This document shows, piece by piece, positions 17,744-28,227 of a DNA stretch of 64,000 nucleotides. Both the position numbers and the translations under genes were made by a program. The notes under the pieces were generated by a model that did no database searches, was not told the DNA's origin, and saw only the letters and a program-made list of their open reading frames with translations. Origin of the DNA: Candidatus Latescibacterota bacterium (GTDB lineage: Bacteria > Latescibacterota > UBA2968 > UBA8231); assembly GCA_965208105.1 (NCBI GenBank), contig OZ242318.1, positions 3,936,001-4,000,000 on the forward strand, given 5' to 3'. Position 1 is the first letter of the stretch, and each line of letters opens with the position of its first letter.

Positions 17744-20013
17744 ATTTCCTCGATTTCCAGCGGTTCTTGTATCGTCCCAGGTCACTGATTCGCTCCATTC
17801 TCGGAGACAAGCCGGGGTGGAGCCAGCACGGGTTGTGGTTTTACCGCGTGCTTCTGGCAGCCGTGGCCATTGGGTCGTTGACTTATTTTTCTTCATATCA
17901 CAGGCCCTACAACATCGGCGAAATGAGGATTGGAAGCGTTGCTCCGGAGCGGATCAAGGCACCCTTCCTCTTCCAGGTTCCCAAAAATGAAAACGCACTG
18001 GCGAAAGAACGATGGGCAGCTGAGGCGGCTGTTCCCACCCTCCTTCTCCATAATCCCGAGGTGAAGGCTGAACAAATAGCCCGCCTGGATTCGGTATTCA
18101 AGATCCTTATTCCGGGATTGCGGCTGCAAATGCCCGAGTCGCTCAAACAGCGACATCTTCAACGCGAACTACCTCACGTAATCGGTTCCCTCTCCGACCA
18201 GGCGCTCAGCAACCTTGCGCAGGTCCTCTCCAGGACGAGCACATCCTACATTCGGGAGTTTGAGGCCGTCTGCAAGCAGATCCTCGAAAATATTTACACC
18301 ACAGGGGTCCTCTCTTCCAAGCAGGTTATCCTTGACGATGTCTCTCAGCAGGTGAAAATAGGAGAACGCGAACTGCCAGTCGACGCGGTCTATAGCGAAG
18401 AATCGCTCAAGCAAGGTGAAGCCATTTCCCTCATAGAAGGATATCGAGCCATAGTCGACCACCAGGCAGTAGAAGCGGTGCATGAGTTACTGAGCCTTTT
18501 CATCACTCCAAACCTGACCATTGCCGAAGGAGAGACTCAACGTCTCCGAGCAGAGGCTCGCGGGGGGATTGCAAGCATCAAACGAATTTATGCGCAGGAT
18601 GACGTGATCGTTGAAAAAAACGAGACCGTTACCGAGGAGCATGTCGAAGCGTTGAACGCGCTCGCCGAAAGGATTGCCGCCCGGGAATTGGAAAACCCGG
18701 TAACACGTATTTCGCAGACCGCTGCGGCCGTCGTGATATCTACCTTTCTCATTTTCGTCTTCGGCTACTATCTGGCCACTCGTGAAGGGGAAGTTTACCA
18801 GCAACCCGGCTCATTGCTTCTTCTGGCCATTCTCGTTTGCGCCGTAGCGGCAACAGCATCCTATATAAAAAACAATTCCCTGGACGTGTATCTCGTCCCC
18901 ACTCCCCTGTCTGCGATGCTGGCTACGATTTTGCTCAACCCGCAGATCGGACTGGTCGTTTCCCTGCTTCTCGGGCTCTTCGTTGGCAACCTCTTCGGCG
19001 ATTTTTACGTAGCTTTGATCTGCGCACTCACCTCTGCAGTGGCCGTATATTCCGTGCGCCAGGTCAGGCATCGGAACCAGTTCTACCGGGCAATGACCCT
19101 GCTTCCCATTTCCTATGGGCTGCTCATTGCGGCTGCCGACATTTTGCGCTTCGTACCGGTTGAAGAGCTGTACGACCATATCCTGCCTGGAATTTTCATT
19201 GGGGTCGCTACCCCCATTCTCACCATTGGTCTTCTGCCCATCTTTGAGAGTCTCTTTCGCCGAACCACGGACATTACCTTGCTCGAACTCTCGGATCTGA
19301 ATCGGCCCCTGCTGCGGGACCTGGCAATCCGTGCTCCCGGGACCTATACTCATAGCCTGATCATGGCCAATTTGTCCGAGAGTGCGGCCGAAGCCATAGG
19401 CGCAAACTCTCTTCTGGCGCGGGTTGGCTGCTATTATCATGATATTGGAAAGATGATCAAGCCTGAGTATTTTGCGGAGAATCAGGGGTTGCAGGGCGGG
19501 CGCAACCCCCACAATCACCTGACGCCGAACATGAGCATGCTCGTGATAACTTCACATGTAAAGGAAGGTCTCGAGCTGGCCGAGGATCACGGGCTGCCCC
19601 AATCGATTTCCGATCTCATTCCACAGCACCATGGTACAACGGTGGTTGATTACTTCTACAACCGCGCGGTCGAACTCGGTGACGAAAACGTGCGGCAGGA
19701 CGATTTTCGATACAATGGCCCCAAGCCCCAAACCAAGGAGGCCGGTATCCTCATGCTCGCCGATTCCGTGGAATCGGCCGTGCGCACCCTGACCGAACGC
19801 ACGCCCAACAGGGTCCGCCAACTGGTGCAGAATATCACCCAGCAAAAGTTTACCCTGGGAGAACTTGACGAATGCGCCCTCACTCTGCAGGACCTCCACA
19901 AAATTGAGGAGAGTTTTATTCCCGTGCTCATGGGTACGTTGCACGGTCGAGTGGAGTATCCCTGGCAACAAACGAAAAAGAAGGCACGCAAAAGTCTTGC
20001 AGGTTCTGTATAG
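17740..20013 (+). CDS. 7TM-HD (HDIG) membrane phosphohydrolase, PgpH-like
   Basis: Extracellular domain, about 7 TM segments, APGTYTHS, YHDIGK, HHGT, MLADSVE. Confidence 0.9.
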   Translation: MNFLDFQRFLYRPRSLIRSILGDKPGWSQHGLWFYRVLLAAVAIGSLTYFSSYHRPYNIGEMRIGSVAPERIKAPFLFQVPKNENALAKERWAAEAAVPTLLLHNPEVKAEQIARLDSVFKILIPGLRLQMPESLKQRHLQRELPHVIGSLSDQALSNLAQVLSRTSTSYIREFEAVCKQILENIYTTGVLSSKQVILDDVSQQVKIGERELPVDAVYSEESLKQGEAISLIEGYRAIVDHQAVEAVHELLSLFITPNLTIAEGETQRLRAEARGGIASIKRIYAQDDVIVEKNETVTEEHVEALNALAERIAARELENPVTRISQTAAAVVISTFLIFVFGYYLATREGEVYQQPGSLLLLAILVCAVAATASYIKNNSLDVYLVPTPLSAMLATILLNPQIGLVVSLLLGLFVGNLFGDFYVALICALTSAVAVYSVRQVRHRNQFYRAMTLLPISYGLLIAAADILRFVPVEELYDHILPGIFIGVATPILTIGLLPIFESLFRRTTDITLLELSDLNRPLLRDLAIRAPGTYTHSLIMANLSESAAEAIGANSLLARVGCYYHDIGKMIKPEYFAENQGLQGGRNPHNHLTPNMSMLVITSHVKEGLELAEDHGLPQSISDLIPQHHGTTVVDYFYNRAVELGDENVRQDDFRYNGPKPQTKEAGILMLADSVESAVRTLTERTPNRVRQLVQNITQQKFTLGELDECALTLQDLHKIEESFIPVLMGTLHGRVEYPWQQTKKKARKSLAGSV

Positions 20014-20482
20014 TCCGGACATTCCCGAGTTGTCCCCGACCCAATGTGAGCTCCTGGAGCAACTGGCAGGGGACATAACTGCCGTCCATCCTGTTGTGGG
20101 CGGCCAGGTCCAGCTCATTTTCACCGATGATGCACACATGCGTCATCTCAACGCTTCCTTTGGAGGTGTCGACCGGACTACGGATGTGCTATCTTTCTAT
20201 CTCGGACCAAGTGCATGCCCCGAGCTGCCTGGGGTGGATACTGTGGCGGGAGAGATTTACATTTCCCTGGAGCGAGCCCGGCTTCAAGCCTCCGAGCAGC
20301 AGGTTTCCACCAGCCAGGAAGTCGCTCGCCTGTTTGTCCACGGGCTTTTGCATCTAGCCGGATTTGATCACGATACGCCGGATAAATTGGCCGTTATGGA
20401 GCGAGAGACCGATCGCTTCCTACAGGCAGCCGACCTGTTTGCAGCTTCCCAAACCATGGACTGCCCTGGCGGGCAGTGTTGA
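19997..20482 (+). CDS. ybeY: rRNA maturation RNase YbeY
   Basis: TDVLSF, GEIYIS, HGLLHLAGFDH; start uncertain (TTG at 19997). Confidence 0.9.
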   Translation: MQVLYSPDIPELSPTQCELLEQLAGDITAVHPVVGGQVQLIFTDDAHMRHLNASFGGVDRTTDVLSFYLGPSACPELPGVDTVAGEIYISLERARLQASEQQVSTSQEVARLFVHGLLHLAGFDHDTPDKLAVMERETDRFLQAADLFAASQTMDCPGGQC

Positions 20483-20503
20483 CGCGAAAGGAGTACCTCC
20501 TTT

Positions 20504-21823
20504 TTGGAACCTCCACAGGCTGCAGCCCTAATTATTGCCGTTTTATCATCCACAGAGCTATTTCTGGTAGCCACCTACGAAGCTACCTTCTCGGTCCTCT
20601 CGAGATCTTCCCTGGAAAAATTGCAGGACGAACGCTCTCGCCTCATGCTCCGGATCTACGAGCCGCGCCACAGGTTGCGATTGCTCGCCCGGATTGGCGA
20701 GGTCCTGGGGACCGTGGCTCTCACTCTCTCCCTCCTCCTTCTGGTTTATCCCGTCCTCGAAGCCTACGATTTTCCAGGGTATTATGCCGTCGTAATTTCC
20801 GCCCTCTGCACGGTGGTAATCTACCTGACAATATGTGCCCCGCGCCGAATTCGCTTTGACGAGGACGGCGAGGAAATGCGGATTCCGGCGCTGGCCCTGG
20901 CATTCGTGCCACTGCACGCGATGCTGCTTCCCCTGACCAATCTTTTCGACCGCATTACTTCCGGAGACTACAACGACGAGGAATTTCGCGCCGAAAAGGA
21001 AGAGGAATTGCGCAGCATCGTGGAGTCCGAAAGCGAAACCGGGGTTATAGAGGAAGGAGAAAGGGAAATGATCCAGGGCGTCTTCGGCTTTCACGACAGG
21101 ATTGCCCGTGAGGTCATGGTGCCCAGGGTAGATATCGCCGCAGTGGAATTGACGGATACGCTCGAAGACCTCCTCCGCGTCATCGGAGAGGCCGGACACT
21201 CCCGGATTCCGCTTTACCAGGAAAGCCTGGACAACATTCGCGGCATAATCTTTGCAAGGGATTTGCTTCAACTCCTGATAAACGGAGAGCACATGGACCT
21301 GGGGACACCTCTGTCCGTCCTTGTAAAGGGACGGGATGGAGGAGGGCTCAACGGATCATTTGTCCACGAGCCATACTATGTGCCTGAAACCAAGAAGATT
21401 GAAGCATTGTTGCGCGATTTCCGAGCTGCCAGAAATCGACTGGCTATCGTCGTCGACGAGTATGGAGGCACGGCGGGGCTTTTGACCATAGAGGATATGG
21501 TCGAAGAAATCGTAGGAGAGATTCAGGATGAGTACGATGACGAAGAGGAACTTTTCCGCTGGGAAAAGCCCGAGGATATTCTCATCGCCAATGGCCGCAT
21601 CGATATCGACGATCTGAACAATATGCTTGAGACCGAACTTCCCAACGAGGGTTTTGAGACCCTGGGTGGATTCATCTATGACCACCTGGGCCACATCCCC
21701 AGCGCCGGGCAGAGTTTTCGCGCAGATAATCTCGAAATCACCGTACTCAAGGTCGAAGGCCAGCGGATCAGCGAAGTACAGATCAAGCGTATCTCCAGGA
21801 CCAGCAGGGAAGAGGTAAAGTAG
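20504..21823 (+). CDS. Hemolysin/CorC-HlyC family CBS domain protein
   Basis: N-terminal TMs, REVMVPR, HSRIP, VVDEYGGTAG, ETLGG. Confidence 0.9.
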   Translation: MEPPQAAALIIAVLSSTELFLVATYEATFSVLSRSSLEKLQDERSRLMLRIYEPRHRLRLLARIGEVLGTVALTLSLLLLVYPVLEAYDFPGYYAVVISALCTVVIYLTICAPRRIRFDEDGEEMRIPALALAFVPLHAMLLPLTNLFDRITSGDYNDEEFRAEKEEELRSIVESESETGVIEEGEREMIQGVFGFHDRIAREVMVPRVDIAAVELTDTLEDLLRVIGEAGHSRIPLYQESLDNIRGIIFARDLLQLLINGEHMDLGTPLSVLVKGRDGGGLNGSFVHEPYYVPETKKIEALLRDFRAARNRLAIVVDEYGGTAGLLTIEDMVEEIVGEIQDEYDDEEELFRWEKPEDILIANGRIDIDDLNNMLETELPNEGFETLGGFIYDHLGHIPSAGQSFRADNLEITVLKVEGQRISEVQIKRISRTSREEVK

Positions 21824-21858
21824 AGGACCAGGGAATCGGGCCTTGCGGCGGAAGGACC

Positions 21859-21887
21859 TTGCGTCTCTTAGATACAGTAATTATATT
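21859..21887 (+). promoter_or_regulatory. tRNA promoter
   Basis: TTGCGT-17 bp-TATATT, 22 nt upstream of the tRNA. Confidence 0.6.
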
Positions 21888-21908
21888 ATTTATTCAGAAT
21901 CTGGGTAA

Positions 21909-21985
<77 letters not shown>

Positions 21986-21992
21986 ATATCAC

Positions 21993-22033
21993 AAAGCGCA
22001 GTTCTCTTTTCTGAGAGTTGCGCTTTTTTATTT
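21993..22033 (+). terminator. Intrinsic terminator after the tRNA
   Basis: AAAGCGCAGTTCTC/GAGAGTTGCGCTTT stem followed by a T tract. Confidence 0.85.
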
Positions 22034-22094
22034 TCCTGCCCCTCCAATCATTTAATCATTCAATTCCGGCACCAGGCGATCATTCGGGCAAAAT

Positions 22095-22151
22095 TGAACA
22101 AGAATACCCTTGAAGGAGATTGAGTTGGTCTCCCTCAAGGGTATTTGTTCA
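22095..22151. terminator. Long hairpin at the 3' end of the autotransporter gene
   Basis: TGAACA-AGAATACCCTTGA-AGGAGA...TCTCC-CTCAAGGGTATT-TGTTCA inverted repeat. Confidence 0.6.
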
Positions 22152-22173
22152 GGCCGGATGAAATGTCAGGGTG

Positions 22174-25100
22174 CTAAAACCGAACTGCCCCCCTCACATC
22201 TATGCGATGTTCGGCGGATTGCTGGACTCGATTGCCTCGTCCGGCGGAAACGTTGAGGTCCAGCATCTCAAAGGCCGTACCAGTGAAGCGGCCCAGTTGG
22301 AATCCAAGGCGCATTAGCGACCGCTCCGAGCTGACAGGTCCGAACTCGGCAAACGGGGTCAGCACTCCATGCAAGGGCTCGACTCGCATACTGTAGCCGA
22401 CCAGGGCATCCATGGACCAAACGTCGGGGGAAAGCCCGAAACGGCCGGTCTGGAGCGCACCGTCGCGCCACAGGGCATGGGTACCGCGGTCGGCAGCACC
22501 CCAACGCGGGGCAAGCGACATCGACAGGCCAAGGCCGTCCCTGCCCGGTGACAGGCTGGCAATGATGCTGCCTCCACTCTCCTGGTAGGTTGAATTTAAC
22601 GCAAGCATGCGGCCCCTGGCCTCGATCTGGAATCGCGACCTCGGGCACTGGTAACGCAACCCACCAGCTACCTCCAGGCCCCCGCCGGTCTGGCCATCAC
22701 CGCCGTCGTAGCGGCCACCAAGTTCACCGAAGGGAGTTATCGTTGCGCAGCTGGCCAATACCACGGTGCGAGCGCCTTCCACACCAAGGCGGAAGCGTTG
22801 ACCCGCCACGGCTTGATCGTCGAGTACTTCCTCTCCTTCGGCAGTGGAGAGATTCACGATTCCCACGTCGCCCCGGAGAGACATGTCCAACCCACCCATG
22901 GATCCCAGGGATTGCCTCGCTCCCAGGAGCCCCAGGGACATGGAGAGATCGCTTTCCTCCGTGGTAGAAGTGACCCCTCGCTCGTTTTCGGCAGTGCCTA
23001 CCCCGACGCCACCCAGGGCCCAGATGTCCATTCCGGCACTAGGTGCCCAGCGCACATAGGGATATACACTTGTCAGAACCGTGGTCAACGTGCCGCCTCC
23101 AATTGCTCCATCTCCAGAGAAGGTGTAGTTGGCCTCACCCATACTGTAGGATACCGACACACCTGCCTGACCGGTTGCGGCCACGCGCTTGTCGGCTCCG
23201 AGATATACCGTCATCAAGGTCCCGTCGTGGCTGCCGTGATCCGGGGTACCTTCGAAGGCCTGGTAGTCGCCCAGGCCCCACAAGGTCCAGTTCGGCAGTC
23301 CTTGATCGGCATCGCTGGATCCTACCGGGACGGCGAAGGAGGTGTTCCGAATGGCCTGTTTCCAGGAAATTCCTCCTCCAAGGGTGCCCAATCCGCGAGG
23401 ATAGCGGAAATCGCCCTCCAGGCCTGTGACCTGGGAAGCCAACGGATCTCTATCGCTTCCACTCAGGAGGGAAAGCCCCGCCAGGGTTGCTTTATTGGAG
23501 CCCGAACTGGAGGCGAAGCGAGCACCGATTGCCGATGAAACGCTCGATAGAGTGCTCCGGCCAATCGCTGCCAACGCGTCGCCTACAATTGCCACCTCAG
23601 CCGGTTCGGTGACCACGGTCACGACGAAGGTTTGAGAAGCATCGGGGCCAATTGTGTTCATTGCAACCACTTCAATGGTAGATTCACCTTCTATTACGGC
23701 CGCCACGGTTACCTCAGACCCCGCGACGGAAACGGTGGCAACCCCGGGATTCGAGGAGGTTGCGCTATAGTTCAGGTCAAGGCCGCGGAAATTGTCCGAA
23801 ACGTCCTCGACCCCGTCAGCACCGCCGACGTACAGCATCATGACGGGGATTGGATCGACCCTGGTCGGCTCGTCGTCGTTGTCGGTCAGAGTAATGGTCA
23901 CTGACTCGACCGTAAAGCCCTCTGCGGACCCCTCGACCACGATGGTCTCATCGTACTCGGGAATGAGCTCCTCGGGCGGGGTCAGCGTCAGGGTCCCGCT
24001 GCTTTCAGTCGTACGGGCTCCAACCGTGATCGTTGGAATCGATGCGGCGTAGTCCGTGCCTTCTTCGGCAGTTCCCGACAAGGACAGCGATACTTGCGTA
24101 TCAGTCAGCAGGGCGGTGCTGCCATCGCCCAGAACGGCCGTCACTTCGAACGAGGTTTCCCCATCTCCTTCGTCAAAGCTGGGCACGTCCACGCTCAGAG
24201 TGATGGAGGTTGGCGCCACATCGTTGTCGGTCACGGTCAGCTCGACAGAAGCGATTTCGAACCCCTCGGCGCTGCCTTCGAGGACGATGATCTCGTCTCC
24301 CTCAGCCAGGTTGTCGTCCACCAGAGAAATGGGAATGGTTGCGCTGCCCGTCGTGCCCCTGGCGGCGATGGTCAGAGTGGCAGCTGTGGCGGCATTGTCT
24401 TCGCTTTCGGCCACCGAGAGGGCGACCTGGGTGTCGGTCAACAGGGCGGTGCTGCCGTCGCCCAGGACCGCCGACACCGTGGCCTCGCCGCCGGTCCCTT
24501 CGTCGAAGCTGGACACGTCCACGCTCAGAGAGATGGTGGTCGGCATCACGTCGTTGTCGGTTACGGTCAACTCGACGGAGGCGATACCATATCCCTCGGC
24601 GCTGCCTTCGAGGACGATGGTTTCGTCGCCCTCGACCAGGTTGTCGTCCACCAGGGAAATGGGAATGGTTGCGCTGCCCGTCGTGCCCCTGGCGGCGATG
24701 GTCAGAGTGGCAGCTGTGGCGGCATTGTCTTCGCTTTCGGCCACCGAGAGGGCGACCTGGATGTCGGTCAGCAGGGCGGTGCTGCCGTCGCCCAGGACCG
24801 CGGTCACCGTGGCCTCGCCGCCGGTCCCTTCGTCGAAGCTGGACACGTCCACGCTCAGAGAGATGGTGGTCGGCATCACGTCGTTGTCGGTCACGGTCAA
24901 CTCGACGGAGGCGATATCATATCCCTCGGCGCTGCCTTCGAGGACGATGGTTTCGTCGCCCTCGACCAGGTTGTCGTCCACCAGGGAAATGGGAATGGTT
25001 GCGCTGCCTGCCGTCTCCCTGGCGGGAATGGTCAGGGTGGCTTCGGCGGCGGCGTTGTCTTCGCTTTCGGTCACCGAGAGGGCGACCTGGGTGTCGGTCA

Positions 25101-27747
25101 GCAGGGCGGTGCTGCCGTCGCCCAAGACCGCGGTCACCGTGGCCTCGCCGCCGGTCCCTTCGTCGAAGCTGGACACGTCCACGCTCAGAGAGATGGTGGT
25201 CGGCATCACGTCGTTGTCGGTCACGGTCAACTCGACGGAGGCGATTTCAAACCCTTCGGCGCTGCCTTCGAGTGCGATGGTTTCGTCGCCCTCGACCAGG
25301 TTGTCGTCCACTAGAAAGAAGGGAAGGGTTGCGCTGCCTGTCGTCTCTGTGGCGGGAATGGTCAGGGTGGCTTCGGCGCCGGCATTGTCTTCACTTTCGG
25401 CCACCGAGAGGGCGACCTGGGTGTCGACCAACAGGGCGGCGCTGCCGTCGCCCAAGACCGCGGTCACCACGACCTGGCCTCCCGGACCTTCTTCAAAGCT
25501 GTTCGGGTCGAGGCTCAGAGAGATGGTGGTCGGCATCACGTCGTTGTCGGTTACCGTCAACTCGACGGAGGCGATTTCAAATCCACCTGCGCTGCCTTCG
25601 AGTGCGATGGCTTCGTCACCCTCGACCAGGTTGTCGTCCACCAGGGACAGGGGCAGGCTCACGCTGCCTGTCGTCTCCCTGGCGGGAATGGTCAGGGTGG
25701 CTTCGGCGCCGGCATTGTCTTCACTTTCGGCCACCGAGAGGGCGACCTGGGTGTCGACCAACAAGGCGGCGCTGCCGTCGCCCAAGACCGCGGTCACCGT
25801 CACCTCGCCGCCCGTTCCTTCATCGAAACTGGATGCGTCCACGCCCAGAGAGATGGTGGTCGGCATCACGTCGTTGTCGGTTACCGTCAACTCGACGGAG
25901 GCGATTTCAAATCCACCTGCGCTGCCTTCGAGTGCGATGGCTTCGTCACCCTCGACCAGGTTGTCGTCCACCAGGGACAGGGGCAGGCTCACGCTGCCTG
26001 TCGTCTCCCTGGCGGGAATGGTCAGGGTGGCTTCGGCGCCGGCATTGTCTTCACTTTCGGCCACCGAGAGGGCGACCTGGGTGTCGGTCAACAGGGCGGT
26101 GCTGCCGTCGCCCAAGACCGCGGTCACCGTCACCTCGCCGCCCCTTCCTTCATCAAAACTGGATGCGTCCACGCTCAGAGAGATGGTCGTCGGCATCACG
26201 TCGTTGTCGATTACCGTCAACTCGACGGAGGCGATTTCCAGACCATCTGCGTTGCCTTCGAGTGTGATGGTCTCGTCACCCTCGACCAGGTTGTCGTCCA
26301 CCAGGGATATGGGCAGGGTTGCGCTGCCTGTCGTCTCTGTGGCGGGAATGGTCAGAGTGGCAACTGTGGCTGCATTGTCTTCGCTTTCGGCCACCGAGAG
26401 GGCGACCTGGGTGTCGGTCAACAGGGCGGTGCTGCCGTCGCCCAAGACCGCGGTCACCGTCACCTCGCCGCCCCTTCCTTCATCGAAACTGGATGCGTCC
26501 ACGCTCAGGGTAACGGAAGTGGGCGCCACATCATTGTCGCTCAACCCGACCATGGCCGATTCGACGATGAAACCGGGGGAAACACCCGACACTTCGATCG
26601 TCTCTTCGCCTTCGGCCAAATTATCCTCGATCAAGGTTAAGGCTATGGTTCCCGACCCTTCTGCTTGCTCGGCGGGAATCGTAATGGTCAGCTCGGAGGC
26701 CTCGTAGTCGGGGCCGAATTCCACGTGAGTGCCGGACAGCGACACCACCACTTCCGTGTCCACCAGAAGGACAGTGGAGCCGTCACCCAGCAGGCCTGTC
26801 ACGTTGACCGAGACTCCTCCTTCCCCTTCCCCAACGTTGGAAGGATCGACTGAAAGGGAAATCGAAGTCGGGGTTATGTCGTTATCCGTCAAGGCAACCT
26901 CTGCGGTGGAAACCTCCAGATCCTGGGCGTCCACAGTGGCACCACCGGTGGCGGAGGATGAACCCACGATCACGATGGTCTCGGGATCATCCCCTTCTAC
27001 GATGTTGTCGTCGTTGATGTTCAGGGTCAGGATCGTCCTTCCCTCGGTTCCGCCGGCTGGAATGACAACTTCCTGATCACCCAACTCCCCAACGTAATCT
27101 CGGCCATCCACATTCTCCGCCGTACCAGACAAGGAGAGCTGAATCGGGGTGGCAAGGGACCACGACTTGCTCAAGGTCGCGGTTACGACCGAATTCACCA
27201 CACCATCATCCTCGGCTACACTGTTGGGGTCAACAGACAGGGTTACAGTGGGCAGAGTAAAGTCAATTTGAGGACTGGCCTCGGCGGGGATGCTCTCTTC
27301 GCCACTAATCGTAGAGATGGTAGTGACAGAAAAGGTATAAGTTGCACCCAGGGTGAGAGAGTTGTCCACGAAGGAGGTCTGGCCGGAGGGAACAGTACCT
27401 AATAGTGCAGGTTCGGAACCTCCTGAGGCTGAACGCCACACATTATACCCAGCCACATCGTTGAAATTGAGAAAGTTTCCCTCAGAGGTAAAATTGCTGC
27501 CGGCCGGGACACTGCGCAGTTGGTCATTCGGCGACAGGTTCCAGGAGATGGTGACACTCCTTCCGTCCGCGCTTAGGTCAGCCCGAACCCCGCTGATCGG
27601 CTCAAAGACTCGCTCAGCGCTACCCCCCGCTCCGGACCCATCCTCTGTGCTGCCCGTGAGCTGTGCTGCCAGGGGGCTTGAGCACAGGAAAACGCTCAGG
27701 CCCAGCAGAATGGAAATTGTGATTAGGCCTTCTTTACTTCTTGACAT
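22174..27747 (-). CDS. Giant acidic autotransporter adhesin: signal peptide, FN3-like domain, about 10 Calx-beta-like repeats, Ig-like domain, beta-barrel
   Basis: ATG at 27747 after GAGGAGG; DDNLVEGDET...TDND repeats; C-terminal barrel motifs (YPYVRW, GGGLEVAGGLRY) and terminal Phe. Confidence 0.88.
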   Translation of the reverse strand: MSRSKEGLITISILLGLSVFLCSSPLAAQLTGSTEDGSGAGGSAERVFEPISGVRADLSADGRSVTISWNLSPNDQLRSVPAGSNFTSEGNFLNFNDVAGYNVWRSASGGSEPALLGTVPSGQTSFVDNSLTLGATYTFSVTTISTISGEESIPAEASPQIDFTLPTVTLSVDPNSVAEDDGVVNSVVTATLSKSWSLATPIQLSLSGTAENVDGRDYVGELGDQEVVIPAGGTEGRTILTLNINDDNIVEGDDPETIVIVGSSSATGGATVDAQDLEVSTAEVALTDNDITPTSISLSVDPSNVGEGEGGVSVNVTGLLGDGSTVLLVDTEVVVSLSGTHVEFGPDYEASELTITIPAEQAEGSGTIALTLIEDNLAEGEETIEVSGVSPGFIVESAMVGLSDNDVAPTSVTLSVDASSFDEGRGGEVTVTAVLGDGSTALLTDTQVALSVAESEDNAATVATLTIPATETTGSATLPISLVDDNLVEGDETITLEGNADGLEIASVELTVIDNDVMPTTISLSVDASSFDEGRGGEVTVTAVLGDGSTALLTDTQVALSVAESEDNAGAEATLTIPARETTGSVSLPLSLVDDNLVEGDEAIALEGSAGGFEIASVELTVTDNDVMPTTISLGVDASSFDEGTGGEVTVTAVLGDGSAALLVDTQVALSVAESEDNAGAEATLTIPARETTGSVSLPLSLVDDNLVEGDEAIALEGSAGGFEIASVELTVTDNDVMPTTISLSLDPNSFEEGPGGQVVVTAVLGDGSAALLVDTQVALSVAESEDNAGAEATLTIPATETTGSATLPFFLVDDNLVEGDETIALEGSAEGFEIASVELTVTDNDVMPTTISLSVDVSSFDEGTGGEATVTAVLGDGSTALLTDTQVALSVTESEDNAAAEATLTIPARETAGSATIPISLVDDNLVEGDETIVLEGSAEGYDIASVELTVTDNDVMPTTISLSVDVSSFDEGTGGEATVTAVLGDGSTALLTDIQVALSVAESEDNAATAATLTIAARGTTGSATIPISLVDDNLVEGDETIVLEGSAEGYGIASVELTVTDNDVMPTTISLSVDVSSFDEGTGGEATVSAVLGDGSTALLTDTQVALSVAESEDNAATAATLTIAARGTTGSATIPISLVDDNLAEGDEIIVLEGSAEGFEIASVELTVTDNDVAPTSITLSVDVPSFDEGDGETSFEVTAVLGDGSTALLTDTQVSLSLSGTAEEGTDYAASIPTITVGARTTESSGTLTLTPPEELIPEYDETIVVEGSAEGFTVESVTITLTDNDDEPTRVDPIPVMMLYVGGADGVEDVSDNFRGLDLNYSATSSNPGVATVSVAGSEVTVAAVIEGESTIEVVAMNTIGPDASQTFVVTVVTEPAEVAIVGDALAAIGRSTLSSVSSAIGARFASSSGSNKATLAGLSLLSGSDRDPLASQVTGLEGDFRYPRGLGTLGGGISWKQAIRNTSFAVPVGSSDADQGLPNWTLWGLGDYQAFEGTPDHGSHDGTLMTVYLGADKRVAATGQAGVSVSYSMGEANYTFSGDGAIGGGTLTTVLTSVYPYVRWAPSAGMDIWALGGVGVGTAENERGVTSTTEESDLSMSLGLLGARQSLGSMGGLDMSLRGDVGIVNLSTAEGEEVLDDQAVAGQRFRLGVEGARTVVLASCATITPFGELGGRYDGGDGQTGGGLEVAGGLRYQCPRSRFQIEARGRMLALNSTYQESGGSIIASLSPGRDGLGLSMSLAPRWGAADRGTHALWRDGALQTGRFGLSPDVWSMDALVGYSMRVEPLHGVLTPFAEFGPVSSERSLMRLGFQLGRFTGTAFEMLDLNVSAGRGNRVQQSAEHRIDVRGAVRF
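24221..26540 (-). repeat. Seven near-identical 330-bp (110-aa) tandem repeats
   Basis: TC(G/A)TTGTCG recurs at 24221, 24551, 24881, 25211, 25541, 25871, 26201 and 26531. Confidence 0.95.
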
Positions 27748-27984
27748 TTTCGATATCCTCCTCAACGATTTTCCCGCAAATGTAGGAATGAAAATTTAGA
27801 GTTAGAATTTGATTTGGAATTGGAATTCTCAGATGCCCTTCGTCCTGTTTGTGAAATAATTACATAAAGTTATGCGCAGTTATACAAATTCACATTAAAC
27901 ATTATAAGCTACGAAAAACCGCTGAGTAGCGCAACGGATTATTATGGATCAACTTCCATTTAGTGGTCCAAATCGCCCTTCTCC

Positions 27985-28018
27985 CGGCATGGGATCTTGG
28001 ACGGCATGGGATCTTGGA
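27985..28018. repeat. Perfect 17-bp tandem duplication
   Basis: CGGCATGGGATCTTGGA twice. Confidence 0.9.
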
Positions 28019-28194
28019 TTCGGGACGGGTCCGGTTTGAGTCGCTCCTGTGGACGAGCCACAGCGATATGGCCTCTCCTGAGGTCCCCGGCAGGTGAAAT
28101 CGCCCCATCTCTCCACGGACGGCAAATGATGAAGCAGCCATGGTCCGGTTCCTTTCCACTGCAGCCCAGGGTCATCGAGAGTATGGAGAGGGCC

Positions 28195-28227
28195 CAGCAG
28201 CCCGTTGAAATAGCCCATCCGGGCCGC
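28195..28227 (-). mobile_element. Terminal relic of a type C 168-bp element, interrupted by IS630
   Basis: 29/33 identity with the reverse complement of 7395-7427. Confidence 0.75.

Noticed and set aside
24221-26540. CRISPR or DGR interpretation of the repeats
   Set aside because: In-frame coding repeats without unique spacers; no cas or reverse transcriptase gene; differences are not restricted to adenines
24056-26707. 883-, 642- and 406-aa plus-strand ORFs
   Set aside because: Antisense shadows propagated by the 330-bp coding repeats
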